The notes under the pieces: model-generated
Databases searched by the model: none
The model's input: the letters and a program-made list of their open reading frames with translations, nothing else
Told to the model about the DNA's origin: nothing
DNA from: a virus
Length of the DNA stretch: 64,000 nt
Virus record (IMG/VR): IMGVR_UViG_3300038443_002312
Span: 1-64,000 of that record
Reading direction: 5' to 3' (one strand)
Shown: positions 36,412 to 48,032 of the stretch, piece after piece
Layout of the letters: every line of letters starts with the position of its first letter
How positions within the stretch are numbered: position 1 is the first letter of the stretch
Program-made: the position numbers and the translations under genes

Positions 36412-37097
36412 GATGCCCTCGCGCAGTTGCGGAACCGCCGGCCCGTCTTCAGGGCCAGTACCTTGGGGGCCCGGGCGAACCGGGACCGCGGGAACGGCGG
36501 GACGACCGGTTCGGCCGGGCCCTTCGCCCGCCACCACCCGCCCTTACTCCGGGTGCCCATTACTTCGCCATCTCCTCGCGGGCCCCGTTGAGCAGCCCGC
36601 GGCCGAACTGGACGCCCCGCCGGCCGATCCCCTCGCCGACCTCCTCGGTCGTCGGCAGGGTCGGGCCCGGTTGGGCCGGCTCGACCTGGGGCGGGGGCGG
36701 GGACGGTTTGGGCTCGTGGGTCGCCACCTGGTACGCCGCGCACGACCCGACGACGAGCAGGAGCAGCCCGCCGACGACCAGCGCGAGCAGGTCGCCCGCC
36801 GTCACCTCGGTCGGCCGGACCCGGACCCAGTTGCGCATCTCGCCCCCCTCAGTCGGTGATGGTGACCGTCGCCTCGACCGCGTAACACAGCCCGTCGGGC
36901 GTGACCCCGTGCTGCTCGGCCCCGTGCCGGAGGTCGGCGAAGAACTTCCGCCCGTCCAGGCCCACGACGACCAGGCCCAGGACGCCGGACTCCTTCAGTT
37001 GGACCACCGTCCCCGGGTCCACGTCGGCGATCGGCCCGGGAACCCGCTTCAACCGCTCGTCCTTGAACTTCACCGCGCACCCCCGCCAAGATGTTGG

Positions 37098-37760
37098 CTA
37101 CCCCGGCCGCCGGTACGGGGTCCACTCGCCCAGGATTTCCAGGAGCGACGGGGTCCGCTTCGGCGGCAGGACCCCGTCCCGCCGGTACCCCACCCCGGCC
37201 CAGTACGCCCGGGCCTTCTTCACGCGGTCGATTTCCGCCGGCTTCGCCGCCGCGATCGCCCGGGCGTCCTTCGCGGCCTGCCGGAGGGCCGCCGCCGGGA
37301 TATTGTCGGCCCCCGCGGCGACCGTGAACCGGTCGGCCATCGCCTCCAGGGCGGCCGCCTCCTTTTCGAGGTTCCGGACCTGGTCGGCCAGTTCGCGCTC
37401 CCGCAGGGCCAGGAGCCGGGACACCTCCGCCGCCAGGTCGGCCGCCCCGGGCGGGGCCCCGGCCTTGACCGCGTCCCCGGCGGCCTTCATCAGGGCCGGG
37501 CGGATCGTGTCGACCAGGTCCACCACCCCCGGGTCCGTCGGCGGGCCCGGGTCGGCCCCGGACCGGTCGTACGCGTCCTTCCGGGAGGGGTCCCGGAGGA
37601 CTTCGTAGGCGGCCTGGACCTCCTTGTACCGCGCCTCCGCCGCCGGGTTGCCCGGGTTGCGGTCCGGGTGCAGGTGCCGGGACAGCTTGCGGTAGGCCGC
37701 GAGGATCTGTTGCTGGGTCGCGGCCCGGGACAGCCCGAGCACGGCGTACGGGTCGGTCAT
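37098..37760 (-). CDS. DnaJ (J-domain) protein
   Basis: DPYAVLGL..AYRKLSRHLHPDRNPG..AYEVLRDP.RK.YD with intact HPD. Confidence 0.9.
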   Translation of the reverse strand: MTDPYAVLGLSRAATQQQILAAYRKLSRHLHPDRNPGNPAAEARYKEVQAAYEVLRDPSRKDAYDRSGADPGPPTDPGVVDLVDTIRPALMKAAGDAVKAGAPPGAADLAAEVSRLLALRERELADQVRNLEKEAAALEAMADRFTVAAGADNIPAAALRQAAKDARAIAAAKPAEIDRVKKARAYWAGVGYRRDGVLPPKRTPSLLEILGEWTPYRRPG

Positions 37761-38486
37761 AGCCCCTCGCGGTCGGCCGGGTTGGTCAGGAAGCGGCGGG
37801 CGAAGACCCGGCCGGTCCCGCAGAAGAGGGCGATCGGGAGGAGGACCGGCGAGACGGCCCAGCAGAAGAACCTGTGCCCGGGGTCCCAGCCATCGTGGTA
37901 CCGCTCACCGAACGCGAAGTCCACGTGCCGGGCCTTGTTCCGGACGAACCAGGCGGCGAAGGCGTACCACAGTTTGGCGACCAGGAGGGCCCATGCCCAG
38001 GTCGGCAGGGCCGACAGATCGGGGACGGGGATAGCGAGCGTCACGGTCTCCATGTACGGCCCCTGCAAGTTGGGAATGCGGACGATCACCGCGGAACTCC
38101 TCGAACGGTCAGAACGGGCGGGCGGCCAGGCACCAGACGAGCACGTGGGTGGCCCCGCCGAGGGCGAGGACGCCCAGGGCGGCCAGGCCCGCCCGGGCCA
38201 TGACCTCGACGTCGGCGTCGGTCGGCCCGGGGGCGTCCCCGGCCAATCGCGCGGCGAACATCGCCAGGCAGAAGACCGGCAGGCCGACCTGGCGGATCTT
38301 CCTCCGGGCCCGGGCCTTCTTGCGGCGGCGGTTCACGCCGGCCCCTCCCCGGCTTCGAGGCCGGCGAGCACGTCCCGCAGCCGGGCGACCGCCTCGGCCC
38401 CGACCACGACCACGGCCACGTACCCGTTGCACTCGACCACGCCCACGTACCCCGGCGGCTTCGCCTCGGCCGCCTCCGGGACGCCC

Positions 38487-39872
38487 TCAACCGGACCTGC
38501 CTTCGCCATCGGCCACCTCCACGCCCGGGACCTCGTCGGGACCGACCTCGTACACGTCCACGGACCACCCCGGGCCGGGCAGAACTATGACCTCGCCCCG
38601 GCCGCTCCGCACCCACGCCTCGACCGCCCGCGAGGCGTGCTCCTGCTGGCTCACGCCGATCTCCCGGGGCGGGTGGACGACCACCTTCATCCGGGCCCGG
38701 TCGCCGACCACCCGGACCGGGACCCGGTAACTGCCGTACCCGAACTCCTGCATGGCCAGGTCGATCAGCGGGCCCAGGATCGCCTCGCCCCGGTCGCCCC
38801 CGGCCAGGACCTGGATCGCCAGGTCCTCGGCCGCCGTCAACCGCCCGGCCGCCTTCCGCTCGGCCAGGTCCGCCAACCGGGCCGCCGGGATGTCCCGCAG
38901 GACCTGCGACTCGGTCCGCGGCCGGGCCACCCCGCCCGCGGCCGCCACCCGGTCCGTCCAGGTCGATGATAACCCGGCCCGCCGGTCGCCGGAGATGACC
39001 ACCTCCCGCCCGGCCTCGAAGTGCGTGACGTCGAGGTCGGCGATCCCCCCGCCCGGCCGCCAGGCCCGCGGGTTTCCGGCGGCGGCCAGGTGCTCCCGGA
39101 CGCTCCGCCACACGGCCGGCGGGACCGCGTGCGCGAACCCGCCCGCCGGCCACGCGTAGGCGTTCACCCGGACGACGGGGCCCAGTTCGACCTCGGCCAC
39201 GACCGGGAAGGACGGGTGCGCCAGGCGGACGGCGACCTCGTTGGTCGAAAACCACAGGCCGTCGGAAACCCCGACGGCCGCGGCGTCTTCCGGGATCTCG
39301 CGGTCGGCCCACAGGGCCGGCTCGGTCGCCCCGCCCGCGGCCACGAACGCGTCGAACACCTCCCCGGTCAACCGCAGGACGACGGACCCCCGGGCGGCCC
39401 CGCCGGCCCCGGCGGGGCCGCGGAGGACGTCGTCGATCACCCCGATCGCCCGCTCGACCTCCCCGCCCGGCAAGACGACCTCGTCCCGCATCATCCGGTC
39501 GATCGCCCCGGCGACCGCCGGGGACACGTCCCGCAACCGCTCGGCCACGCTCACGGTCGCCGGCCAGTCCCGGTCGGCGGCCTGGGCGGCGGCGCGGAAA
39601 TCGAACCCGTGCCGGGACAGGTCGTACAGGTACGCGGCATTCCGCTCGCCCTCCTCGACCCAGTGGACCGGCGGGGCCTCGCCGGACTGGACCACCATCG
39701 GCCCCTCGCCGACCCGGACCATCAGGCCCTCGCCCCGGCTCCACCAGTACGCCGCCCGCCCGCGGGCCCGGCGGTGCAAAAAGACGATCCGCCAGCCGAT
39801 CCCGTGGGCGCACACCCGCTCGGCATCGACCCGGGGAAACCCGACCGCGACCAGGGCGTCCACGGCGTCCAT
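38487..39872 (-). CDS. Hypothetical multidomain protein
   Basis: Long ORF with protein-like composition. Confidence 0.55.
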   Translation of the reverse strand: MDAVDALVAVGFPRVDAERVCAHGIGWRIVFLHRRARGRAAYWWSRGEGLMVRVGEGPMVVQSGEAPPVHWVEEGERNAAYLYDLSRHGFDFRAAAQAADRDWPATVSVAERLRDVSPAVAGAIDRMMRDEVVLPGGEVERAIGVIDDVLRGPAGAGGAARGSVVLRLTGEVFDAFVAAGGATEPALWADREIPEDAAAVGVSDGLWFSTNEVAVRLAHPSFPVVAEVELGPVVRVNAYAWPAGGFAHAVPPAVWRSVREHLAAAGNPRAWRPGGGIADLDVTHFEAGREVVISGDRRAGLSSTWTDRVAAAGGVARPRTESQVLRDIPAARLADLAERKAAGRLTAAEDLAIQVLAGGDRGEAILGPLIDLAMQEFGYGSYRVPVRVVGDRARMKVVVHPPREIGVSQQEHASRAVEAWVRSGRGEVIVLPGPGWSVDVYEVGPDEVPGVEVADGEGRSG

Positions 39873-40930
39873 CAGTCCACCACCAAAAGGGTGCGCGTCT
39901 CGACCCGGACCCAGCCCGGCTCCGGGTCGGGGGCGAACCAGCACAGGGTTCCCGCCCCCCCCCGCCGCCACATCTTACCGACGTACGCCCCGGACGGGTT
40001 CGACCGGTCATAGTCGCACAACTTCGCGAACGTCGTCCGGGTCACGACCGCGTGCGTCTCGTCGACCAGGACGTCCGCCCGGGCGGGCTGGTCCCAGTAC
40101 CGGCCGAGCGGAGCGGTGACCTCGGGGATCGGGTGGGCGTCGGTCACGGGCACGGGAACCCCTCCCAGGCCCCGGGCAGGGGGCCGCACCAGCGGTGCAG
40201 GGCGCACTCCAGCCGCCACACCCGGCTGGCGACGACGTACCGGGCCCGCCGCTTCAGACCCGGTCGCGGGCCGGACGGCGACCACCCCAGGGGCGGACGG
40301 AGGGCGCCCACCGGCCCGTACCGGGCGAGCAGGTACCGCCGGGCCAGGTGACGCACTCCCGCCCAGCCGAGCAGCCAGACGGTCAGGGCCAGGTCGAGCG
40401 GCCAGACGAGCCGGACGGCCGCGGTCAGGGCCGGCCCGAGCAGGGCCCAGTCGTTCCCCCCGGACAGGTCGTACCCGACCGGGTCGACCCGCCGCAGGGC
40501 GCCCCGGGCGAGCGGCACGACGACCAGGCCGGCGGCCAGGTAGGCGATCAGGTAGAGCGGCCAGGCGGCGGGCACGGGCGTCTCCTCTGCCAGTTCGTTG
40601 GCTACGCGGCCCGCAGCGGGGCCCCGCCGCCGGCCAGGAGGGCGGCGACGACCCGCCCCCTCTCGGTCACCTCGCACGGGCCCGCGACCAGCCCGCGGGC
40701 GGCCAGGACCCGGGCGGCGTGGACGGCCCCGCGGACGACCAGGGCCTTCGGGTCCCCGCCCGCGGCCAGGGCCCCCAGGAGCCGGGCGGCCGGCCCGGTC
40801 AGCCGGCAGGCGGCGGCCCGGGCGACGGCGAGCGGCCAGCGGAGGTCGGGCCCGCCGCACGCGCGGCACACGTCGCCCCCGGCATATTCTCCGCCGGCCA
40901 GGGCGGCGTACTCGGCCCGGTGGAGGGCGG

Positions 40931-41443
40931 TCACCCCGCACGCGGGGCAGAACGGGTCGTCTCCGGCGGCGGGGGCGGCAGACTCGGGGCGGGGGCCGGG
41001 GCGGACGCGGGGCACGGCGAAACCTCCATGAGGGCCCGGGCGGCCCGGTGCAGGTCGGCCGCCGTGGTCCCGAGGACCGCGGCGACCCGGGGCAGGTGGA
41101 CGAAGGCGGCCCGCGGGGCGGACCCGTGCTCGTACCGGTGGATGGTCCCGGCCCCGCGCCCGACGGCCCGGCCGACCTCGGCCAGGGTCTTCCCGGCGGC
41201 CAGCCGGACCAGGCACAGGACGGCCCCCAGGGCCTCGGCCGCCGACCCGCCCGGCGGGTAGGACGGGGCCGACTTCCGCCCCCGCCCGCGGCCGATCCCG
41301 GCCCGGATGACCCACGACCGGGCCGTCGCCCGGGTCACCCCGGCGGCCGCGGCGGCCTCGATCAGGGTGCCCCCGGCCCGGTACCGGGTGAGGACGGCGG
41401 CCCGCTCGGCCGCGGTGTACCTGCGACGGGACGTGGCGGCCAT
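40931..41443 (-). CDS. Double HTH (XRE-like) transcriptional regulator
   Basis: YTAAERAAVL..TLIEAAAAAGVTRATARSW; RLAAGKTLAEVGRAVG..TIHRYEHG. Confidence 0.75.
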   Translation of the reverse strand: MAATSRRRYTAAERAAVLTRYRAGGTLIEAAAAAGVTRATARSWVIRAGIGRGRGRKSAPSYPPGGSAAEALGAVLCLVRLAAGKTLAEVGRAVGRGAGTIHRYEHGSAPRAAFVHLPRVAAVLGTTAADLHRAARALMEVSPCPASAPAPAPSLPPPPPETTRSAPRAG

Positions 41444-41491
41444 CTTGGCCTCCGGCGGGGGAGAGTGAACCGGCGAGTAGTTGACACCGGA

Positions 41492-41548
41492 ATCCTACTC
41501 CCGCCCTGTCGGTCTGTCCAGTCGGATTTTTGCAAGATTTATACAGTC
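41492..41548 (-). promoter_or_regulatory. Promoter module TGGACA-N17-TAGGAT with upstream GACTGTATAAATCTT box
   Basis: Closely similar module at 61851-61905; both precede HTH regulator genes. Confidence 0.65.
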
Positions 41549-42432
41549 GGCCCGCGCCCCGTCAGGTCCCGGTCCAGACGGTCGGCCATGCGCCGGCCTA
41601 ACTCGGCGGCCAGGGCCGCCGGGAGGTCGGCCGGGTCGGGCCCGGCGGCGACGACGTGCAGGTCGAACAGGACCCCGGGCCAGCGGAGCTGGCAGACGGC
41701 CCAGGCGAGGGCCTGGGCGGGCGGGTCGTCGGGCAGGTGCCACCGGCCCCGGGGGGCGGCCCGGTCCCGGGCCCGGACCCGGCCCATCTCGCGAGCGACC
41801 GCGTCGTCGGTGAACCACCGGCCGGGGGCGGGCGGGTCGGCGGTCAGTTTGACGCACGGGGCGCCGGGGCGGACGCGGGCGGCCAGGCCGACGTCCGGGA
41901 GGGTGGACAGGGTGACGGTCCGGACGGGTTCCGCGGCGTACACGGCGTCCCCGGCCGCGTGCCAGGCGTCCCAGGCGGCGTCCCGGACATCGCCGACGAA
42001 CCCGCGGTCGAGGAACGGGCGGCCGGGCAGGGGGCCGAACCAGGCGGCGGCGTGCCCGGACCGGAGGGCCGCCAACAGCTTGGCGAGTTCGTCCCGGCGG
42101 TGGCCGGCGACCGGGTCGGCGGCGTCCTGGCGGCGCCACTTGCGGAGGCGGTGTGACCCGCACACCTTGCACGCCCGGATGCTGACCCAGGGCCAGGGGT
42201 CGTGCCGGGTGAGGCAGTCCTCGCACGTGTAGGCGTTGCCGACCTGCGGGCTGTCCCGGTCGACCGGGCCGAGCCGGGCGGCCTCGACCGACAGGCGGAC
42301 GAACGCCGCCCGGGCGTCCTGGCCGGCCTCGTCGAGCAGGTCGGCGGCCTTGAGCCGGTTCAGGTCGTCGGCCGGCTCCGCCCGGATCGCGGCCAGGGCG
42401 AGGCGCCAGGTGTCGGTCGCGTACAGGTCCAC
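41539..42432 (-). CDS. TIGR02996-domain protein
   Basis: LAAIRAEPADDLNRLKAADLLDEAGQDARAAFVRL...RGFV. Confidence 0.75.
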   Translation of the reverse strand: MDLYATDTWRLALAAIRAEPADDLNRLKAADLLDEAGQDARAAFVRLSVEAARLGPVDRDSPQVGNAYTCEDCLTRHDPWPWVSIRACKVCGSHRLRKWRRQDAADPVAGHRRDELAKLLAALRSGHAAAWFGPLPGRPFLDRGFVGDVRDAAWDAWHAAGDAVYAAEPVRTVTLSTLPDVGLAARVRPGAPCVKLTADPPAPGRWFTDDAVAREMGRVRARDRAAPRGRWHLPDDPPAQALAWAVCQLRWPGVLFDLHVVAAGPDPADLPAALAAELGRRMADRLDRDLTGRGPTV

Positions 42433-43523
42433 TCCGGAACTCCGTCACGGGGTCGGGTCACTCGCCGCCGTCGTCCTTCCAGGCCCGGATAATGCCGTAA
42501 GCCAGCAGGGCCTGGGACCCATCTCGGCCTCCCGGGTCAGTTTCACACCTTTTTCACTCGGCCGTCCGCCTTTTGGCCGCCCCCGGGGCACGTCTCGGAC
42601 CGGTAGAACGTCCCGGCGAAGACGTGCCGGGTGTGGCGGCGGATCGTGCCGCCGCGGAGGGGCACGAACCCCCGCCCGCACACCGGGCACTGGGCCGAGT
42701 GCCGGGCCTCCCACGCGTCCCAGATCCGCTGGGCCTCACTCTTCTCGGCCACCGCCGGCCTCCGGCTGGACCGACCCGAACGGGCACGGGCGGGCCGCGG
42801 TCACGGGCACGAAATCGACCGGGTAGCCGCGGAACGCCGCCGGCACTTCCGGCGGCCGGTCGCCGTCGCCGTACACGACCAGGAACGACCCCCGGCCGCG
42901 GGCCCAGTTCGCGACCATCCGGTGGTACCACGGGTACGGCCGCATGAGGGCGGCCAGATCGCGGGCCGCCGCGTCGATCGTCCCGTCATCCACGCCCGCT
43001 CTCCCGCAGGACCCGGGCGGCCTCCGCGTCGGCCGCCGCGGCACTCGCCCGGGACACGTGGGCCAGCTCGCCGTACCCGCCGACCGAGTACCCGATGAGC
43101 TGGAAGAACTCGTCCACGTCGGCCTGCGGGACCGCCCCGGCCGCCGCCAGGTCCTCCAGCCGGCCCAGGAAGACCCGGCGGGTGTGCCCGTCGGCGTCCA
43201 ACAGCAGCCGGACCAGGGCGTTCGCCTTGAACCGCGGCCGCCCGTCCGCGTCGATCTCGACCGGTCGCATGTTACTACCCCTCGCCAAGCGGTTGGCACT
43301 CACTCTCGCTCCGACGCCACGAACATGGCCAGGGACAGGTCCTCGACCCCGGCGAATTTCCGCCCGACCAGTTGGCACAGCGAGTACCGCACGTCCGCGT
43401 GCGTCAGCCCGCCCTGAAGGACCTCGCGGACGTCCTCCGGGGTGACGTAGTCGCGGCCGTGCCGCCTGGCACAGGCGGCCAGCGGGTTCGCGTCCCGCTC
43501 GGCGATCCACTCGGGCCTCGGCA

Positions 43524-44159
43524 TCAGGATACCCTCTCGGTCTTGCCCGTGGCGGCGTCGGTCATCACCCACTCGGTCGCGGCGATCCCGGCGGCGACCA
43601 GGGAGCCGACCCGGGCGGACGTGTTCCACCGCCGCCGGTCGCCGACCCGGACCACGTGGACGCCCGGGCCCGCCCCCAGCCGGCCGGCGACCGGGTCCAG
43701 GTACAGCCGGTCGCCCCCGGGGTATCCCCACTGCTCGAACCAGTGGTCGGCCTCGGCCCGGGTCCCGCCCATGACGCACAGTCGCCCGGGACCCGGGTAC
43801 GACTCGGCGGCGGCCCGGTAGGCGGCCCCGGGCGACGGGAAGTCCCACCACCGGTTGATGACCTGAGAATTCACGCGCGCCCCGAACCCGGACGGGACCC
43901 CCAGCCGCCACCGCCACGGCAGGCACGACCGGTCGCCGGCCGGCGGGTCGTCCCACGAGAACCAGCCCGTGGTGCGGCCGGCCATCGGGGCCAGGTCGGC
44001 CTTCAGGATCGCCCGGTACCCGGCCTCGAAGGCGGGGTTGACCGGGGCCGCGTCGGTCCCCCAGTAGTCGGCCAGCAGGGCCAGCGGGGTCCGGTCGTCC
44101 GGGTTCACGTCCAGAGATTTGACGAGCGCGTCGGGCGTGCTCACGATCGCGACGGTCAC
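43524..44159 (-). CDS. Degenerate TIGR02996-like protein
   Basis: LVKSLDVNPDDRTPLALLADYW; WDFPSPGAAYRAAA C-terminal motif. Confidence 0.5.
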   Translation of the reverse strand: MTVAIVSTPDALVKSLDVNPDDRTPLALLADYWGTDAAPVNPAFEAGYRAILKADLAPMAGRTTGWFSWDDPPAGDRSCLPWRWRLGVPSGFGARVNSQVINRWWDFPSPGAAYRAAAESYPGPGRLCVMGGTRAEADHWFEQWGYPGGDRLYLDPVAGRLGAGPGVHVVRVGDRRRWNTSARVGSLVAAGIAATEWVMTDAATGKTERVS

Positions 44160-45223
44160 GGTCCCTCCGATCGGGCCAGGTCGACCACGGCGGCCGCGAA
44201 GGCGGCCATCGCGGCGTCGTACGTCGGGTAGTCCCGCCACCGCTCGGGCCCGTCGGCGACCGCGCGACCGCCCGCGAGGCGGGCGAACAGGGCCGCCGGC
44301 AGGGCGTCCGGGCCGCCCCGGGGCCCGCCCGTGTACCAGCCCCACCCGGAGATCCCGCCGCCGGGCGGGCCGGCCGCGCACGGTTGCCGGCCGCACGCGA
44401 CGGCCTCGATCGGGTGGCGGCGGAGGAGGTCGCGCAGCCCGCGGGTCCGGCCGGTGGCGGCACACGCCCGGCACGGGCCCGGCCCCGGCTCCCAGCCGAC
44501 GTGCCGCGGGCCGATCGTCCTCCAACACCCCGCGCACCACTTCGCCCCGCGGCCGGCCGGGGTGTCGTCCCGGCTCACCAGGGCCCCGCCACACGCCCCG
44601 CAGGCCGTTTCCCGGACCGACTCGTACGTCGCGACCATCTCCCGCCCGCCGCCGTCGCAGTCCTGGCACGGGGCCCCCAGGACGGCGGCCAGGTCCACCG
44701 CCTCGACGGCCCCGACGAACCCGCGGCGGAAACGGATCTTCAGACCGGGACCGAACGCGAGGGCCCCGTCCCGCTCGACGTCCGCCGACAGGCCGCCGGG
44801 CCCGGCCCCGCCCAGCCAGTCCCGGCCGAACAGGTGGACCAGGGTGGCCTCCCGGGCCGCCATCTGGCACCCGGTGCAGTCGCACTCCAGGCGGGCGTGC
44901 GCCGCCCGGGCGGTCTCGCCGGTCCGGGCCATCCCCGGCCACGTGCGCCAGCCGAACCGGGCGAGGTCGCACTGGAGGCGGATGAACTCGGCCCGCGCCG
45001 CCCGGGCGGGCGGGCTGTCGACCTTGCCGCGGCACTCCCGGCACACGACGAACCTGACCCCGGGGATGGCAGCAGCCGTTTCGAGCCACAGCCCGCGGCC
45101 GTCGCACCGCGGGCAGGCGGGCTCGCCCGCCCGCTCGTCCAGCCAGTCGGCGTACACGAGCCGGTGCGTGTCGTCGGCGGGCTCGGCCAGGACCCGGGCC
45201 AGGAACTTGTCCTCGTCGGTCAT
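44156..45223 (-). CDS. TIGR02996-domain protein with CxxC zinc motifs
   Basis: FLARVLAEPADDTHRLVYADWLDE...RAEFIRLQC...FRRGFV. Confidence 0.8.
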   Translation of the reverse strand: MTDEDKFLARVLAEPADDTHRLVYADWLDERAGEPACPRCDGRGLWLETAAAIPGVRFVVCRECRGKVDSPPARAARAEFIRLQCDLARFGWRTWPGMARTGETARAAHARLECDCTGCQMAAREATLVHLFGRDWLGGAGPGGLSADVERDGALAFGPGLKIRFRRGFVGAVEAVDLAAVLGAPCQDCDGGGREMVATYESVRETACGACGGALVSRDDTPAGRGAKWCAGCWRTIGPRHVGWEPGPGPCRACAATGRTRGLRDLLRRHPIEAVACGRQPCAAGPPGGGISGWGWYTGGPRGGPDALPAALFARLAGGRAVADGPERWRDYPTYDAAMAAFAAAVVDLARSEGP

Positions 45224-45752
45224 CGGCGCGGCCCTCCCGCCAGCCCGTTGGCCGGCTGGTACCGGTCCCGGAGCCGGGTCACGCCCTTCCAGCCGCGGAA
45301 CAGGTCCAGTTCCTGGCCCAACCCGTGGTCCATGAGCCAGTCCTCGATGACGGAGTCGGGCGTCACCCCCGGGGCCAGGTCGGTGGCCAGGGCGACGATC
45401 GCGGCCCGCACCGCCCGGCTGCGGACGACCGCAACATTTTGGCGGAGGGCCGGCAAAGAGGCGACCACGACCGCCTGCCCCGCGGGGGCGACCACGGCCC
45501 GCCACGGAGCGTCGACGAACACCTCGTACCCGGCGAACAGGAGCGGTTGCAGCCAACCGAGGGAGTGCGTGCTGTACCGGTAGACCCCGGCCCACAATTC
45601 GGCCGGCAGTTGCCAGTCCGGCGGCCCTTCCAGCCGCCGGGGCAGTTCGGGGTGGCCCACGGTCATGGCGCTCCAGGCGTGCGCGACCGCCCCGTCCCGG
45701 GCGATCTTGACCTGGTGCCTCTGGTAGCCGAACGGCTCGACGGTGATCACGC

Positions 45753-46421
45753 CTACCCCCGGGCCAGGGCCACGCACGCGCGGCACACGAGCAGGTACCG
45801 CCCCGGGTTCCGCATCTTACCCGCCAACACGTCCGGGTTCGGGACCCGGTTGATTTCGTCCGCCCACACCCGGGCGATGCAGGCGTGGCAGGTCAGGAGC
45901 AGTCGCACGTGGGGCGGTCTCAGGTGGTCCGGGATCGCCGCCGTCCCCATCTCGCGGACGGCGGCCAGGACCTCCGGGTCGGGCCCCAGTTTCTTGGCGA
46001 CCATGACCAGCGGGTCGCTGCCGTGTTGCGCGTACTCCCGGGCGTGCTCGCGGACGGCGAACTCCAGCTCCGCCCGGAGCGGGTCGACCGCCGGCCCGCC
46101 GACGCGGCCGACGACCTCGTCGGCCAGGGCGGCCGCCGGGGCCAGGTCGTCCGGGTCGCGGAGGACGGCCAGGGCGAGGGCCACCACGGCCGACCGCGGG
46201 CCGGTCAACACCTCGTCCGAAACCCCCGCGAGGAGGTTGACACACCCGGCGATCCGGGCGGCCGCGACCACGTCCCGCTCGCCGGTCGTGTAGTCGGCAC
46301 CCACCAGCGTCACCCGGTTCCCGGCGGCATCGTCCAGCCGCGGATAAGACCCGGGCCAACCGATCTGGTTGTGGATCTGGTTGTGAAGACTGACCCGCCA
46401 CGGCTCGCCGTAGGTGCTCAC
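45753..46421 (-). CDS. Paralog family member 1 (YGEPW...CVNLLAGV)
   Basis: Motifs shared with the adjacent ORFs. Confidence 0.6.
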   Translation of the reverse strand: MSTYGEPWRVSLHNQIHNQIGWPGSYPRLDDAAGNRVTLVGADYTTGERDVVAAARIAGCVNLLAGVSDEVLTGPRSAVVALALAVLRDPDDLAPAAALADEVVGRVGGPAVDPLRAELEFAVREHAREYAQHGSDPLVMVAKKLGPDPEVLAAVREMGTAAIPDHLRPPHVRLLLTCHACIARVWADEINRVPNPDVLAGKMRNPGRYLLVCRACVALARG

Positions 46422-47038
46422 GCCCTCGCCCCCGGCCGCGCCGCCGCGACGCACTTGCGGCACACGCGGAACGTCCCGTGGGTCGGGACGAGCACGTACA
46501 GCCCGTCCCGGTGCCCGCCCATCTCGTCCCAGCAGCACTCGCACCGGGTGCCGGCGTCATCCGGCCAGTACGTCCAGTCGTCGGCGGCGATCTCGGCCGG
46601 GACCGCGGCCAGGACCGCCGGGTCGGGCCCGAGCCCCCGGACCAGGTCGACCACCCCGGCCCGGGACAGCGCGTCCCGCACGTGAGCGGGCACGAGCGAC
46701 AGCTGGCGGGCGACGGCCCGGAGCGCGGCGAGCAGATCCGCCCGCGGCGGGGACGCCCCGGCCTCCTGCCCGGTCGCCCGGGCCATGACCTCGTCCGCGG
46801 CCATCGCGGCCGGCGTCAGGTCGTCCGGGTGCCGCAGGATGGCCAGGGCCAGGTCCGTCAGGTCCCCGCCCCGCCCGGTCAGGGCCGCGTCCGGGACGCC
46901 CGCCAGGAAGTTGACGCACGCGATGGCCCGGTGCTCGCGCTGCCACGTGCCGTACCCGCGGGCGACCATCTCGTCGTCCCGGTCGACGATCGCCCCGCCG
47001 ATGCCGGTGTGGGCCCAGGGCTCGCCGTAGTCGGTCAT
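46418..47038 (-). CDS. Paralog family member 2
   Basis: YGEPW..ACVNFLAGVPD..LALAILRHPDDLTPAAMAADEV..VCRKCVA. Confidence 0.6.
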   Translation of the reverse strand: MTDYGEPWAHTGIGGAIVDRDDEMVARGYGTWQREHRAIACVNFLAGVPDAALTGRGGDLTDLALAILRHPDDLTPAAMAADEVMARATGQEAGASPPRADLLAALRAVARQLSLVPAHVRDALSRAGVVDLVRGLGPDPAVLAAVPAEIAADDWTYWPDDAGTRCECCWDEMGGHRDGLYVLVPTHGTFRVCRKCVAAARPGARA

Positions 47039-47715
47039 ACCCCACCCCCGGTGACCTCGGCCACGCACGCCCGGCACACCGGGACGGCCCCGGCGGCGGC
47101 CGACCGGGCCACCCCGGCGAACCCGTCGTAGTTCTGGAGCAAGTAGCACCCGCCGCACCGGAACGGCATCCGGACGGCCTCCCCGCCGTACCCGACGTGC
47201 TCGCGGATCGCCGCCGCCACGTCCGGGTCGATCCCGAGGGCCCGGGCGGTCGCCAGGGCCTCGCCGCCGACCCAGCCCATCTCGTCGACCCGGGGGTGCC
47301 GGGCCACGTGCCGCAGGATCTTCTCCAGATCCGCCCGCGGGACGAACGGCCGGCCGTCCGCGTGCGCCACCGCCCGGGCCTGGACCTCGTCGGCCGCCAT
47401 CGCCGCCGGGGTCAGGTCCCCGGGGTTCCGCAGGATCGCGAGCGCCAGCCCGGTCAGTTCGTCCCGCGGGGCGGCGCCCAGGAGGGCGTCCGGGACCCCG
47501 GCCAGGAGGTTGACGCACCCGACCGCGCGGAGGGCCATGAGACTATCGAACGTCGACGGCCTCCCGTTGCAGCTGAACCGGCCGACCCGCGTGTCGTCGG
47601 TGCCGGACTCGTCGACCTCCTCGGCCGTCCGGACCCGGGTGGCGTGGACGTCCGACCCCCAGCCCGAGACCCCGAGGCCGAGGCTCCACGGCTCGTGATA
47701 GTTCGGCCCGCTCAC
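47035..47715 (-). CDS. Paralog family member 3
   Basis: YHEPW..GCVNLLAGVPD..LALAILRNPGDLTPAAMAADEV..VCRACVA. Confidence 0.6.
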   Translation of the reverse strand: MSGPNYHEPWSLGLGVSGWGSDVHATRVRTAEEVDESGTDDTRVGRFSCNGRPSTFDSLMALRAVGCVNLLAGVPDALLGAAPRDELTGLALAILRNPGDLTPAAMAADEVQARAVAHADGRPFVPRADLEKILRHVARHPRVDEMGWVGGEALATARALGIDPDVAAAIREHVGYGGEAVRMPFRCGGCYLLQNYDGFAGVARSAAAGAVPVCRACVAEVTGGGV

Positions 47716-48032
47716 GCCCGCTCCAGTTCGATGTCGTAGGTCTGCCGCCCGTCGACCAGGCGCTTCGTCTTGCCCGACCAGTCGGCCCCGGGCGGGTTCC
47801 ACATGACCGTCCCGGCCTGCCACCACACGCGGTCGCCGACCCCGACGGCGACGGCCTCGCCCGTGTCCCGGCGGACCTCGCGGACAACGACCGCCCGCTC
47901 CCGCCCGGCGTCGGGGCCCTGGCCGTCTACGACCAGGACCGCCGTCCCGTCCCGCTTCCGGACCACCCCGGCCACGACCCCGCCGATCATCGCGAACCTC
48001 CTGCCAGCCCGTTGGCGTCCCGCGGAACTCCG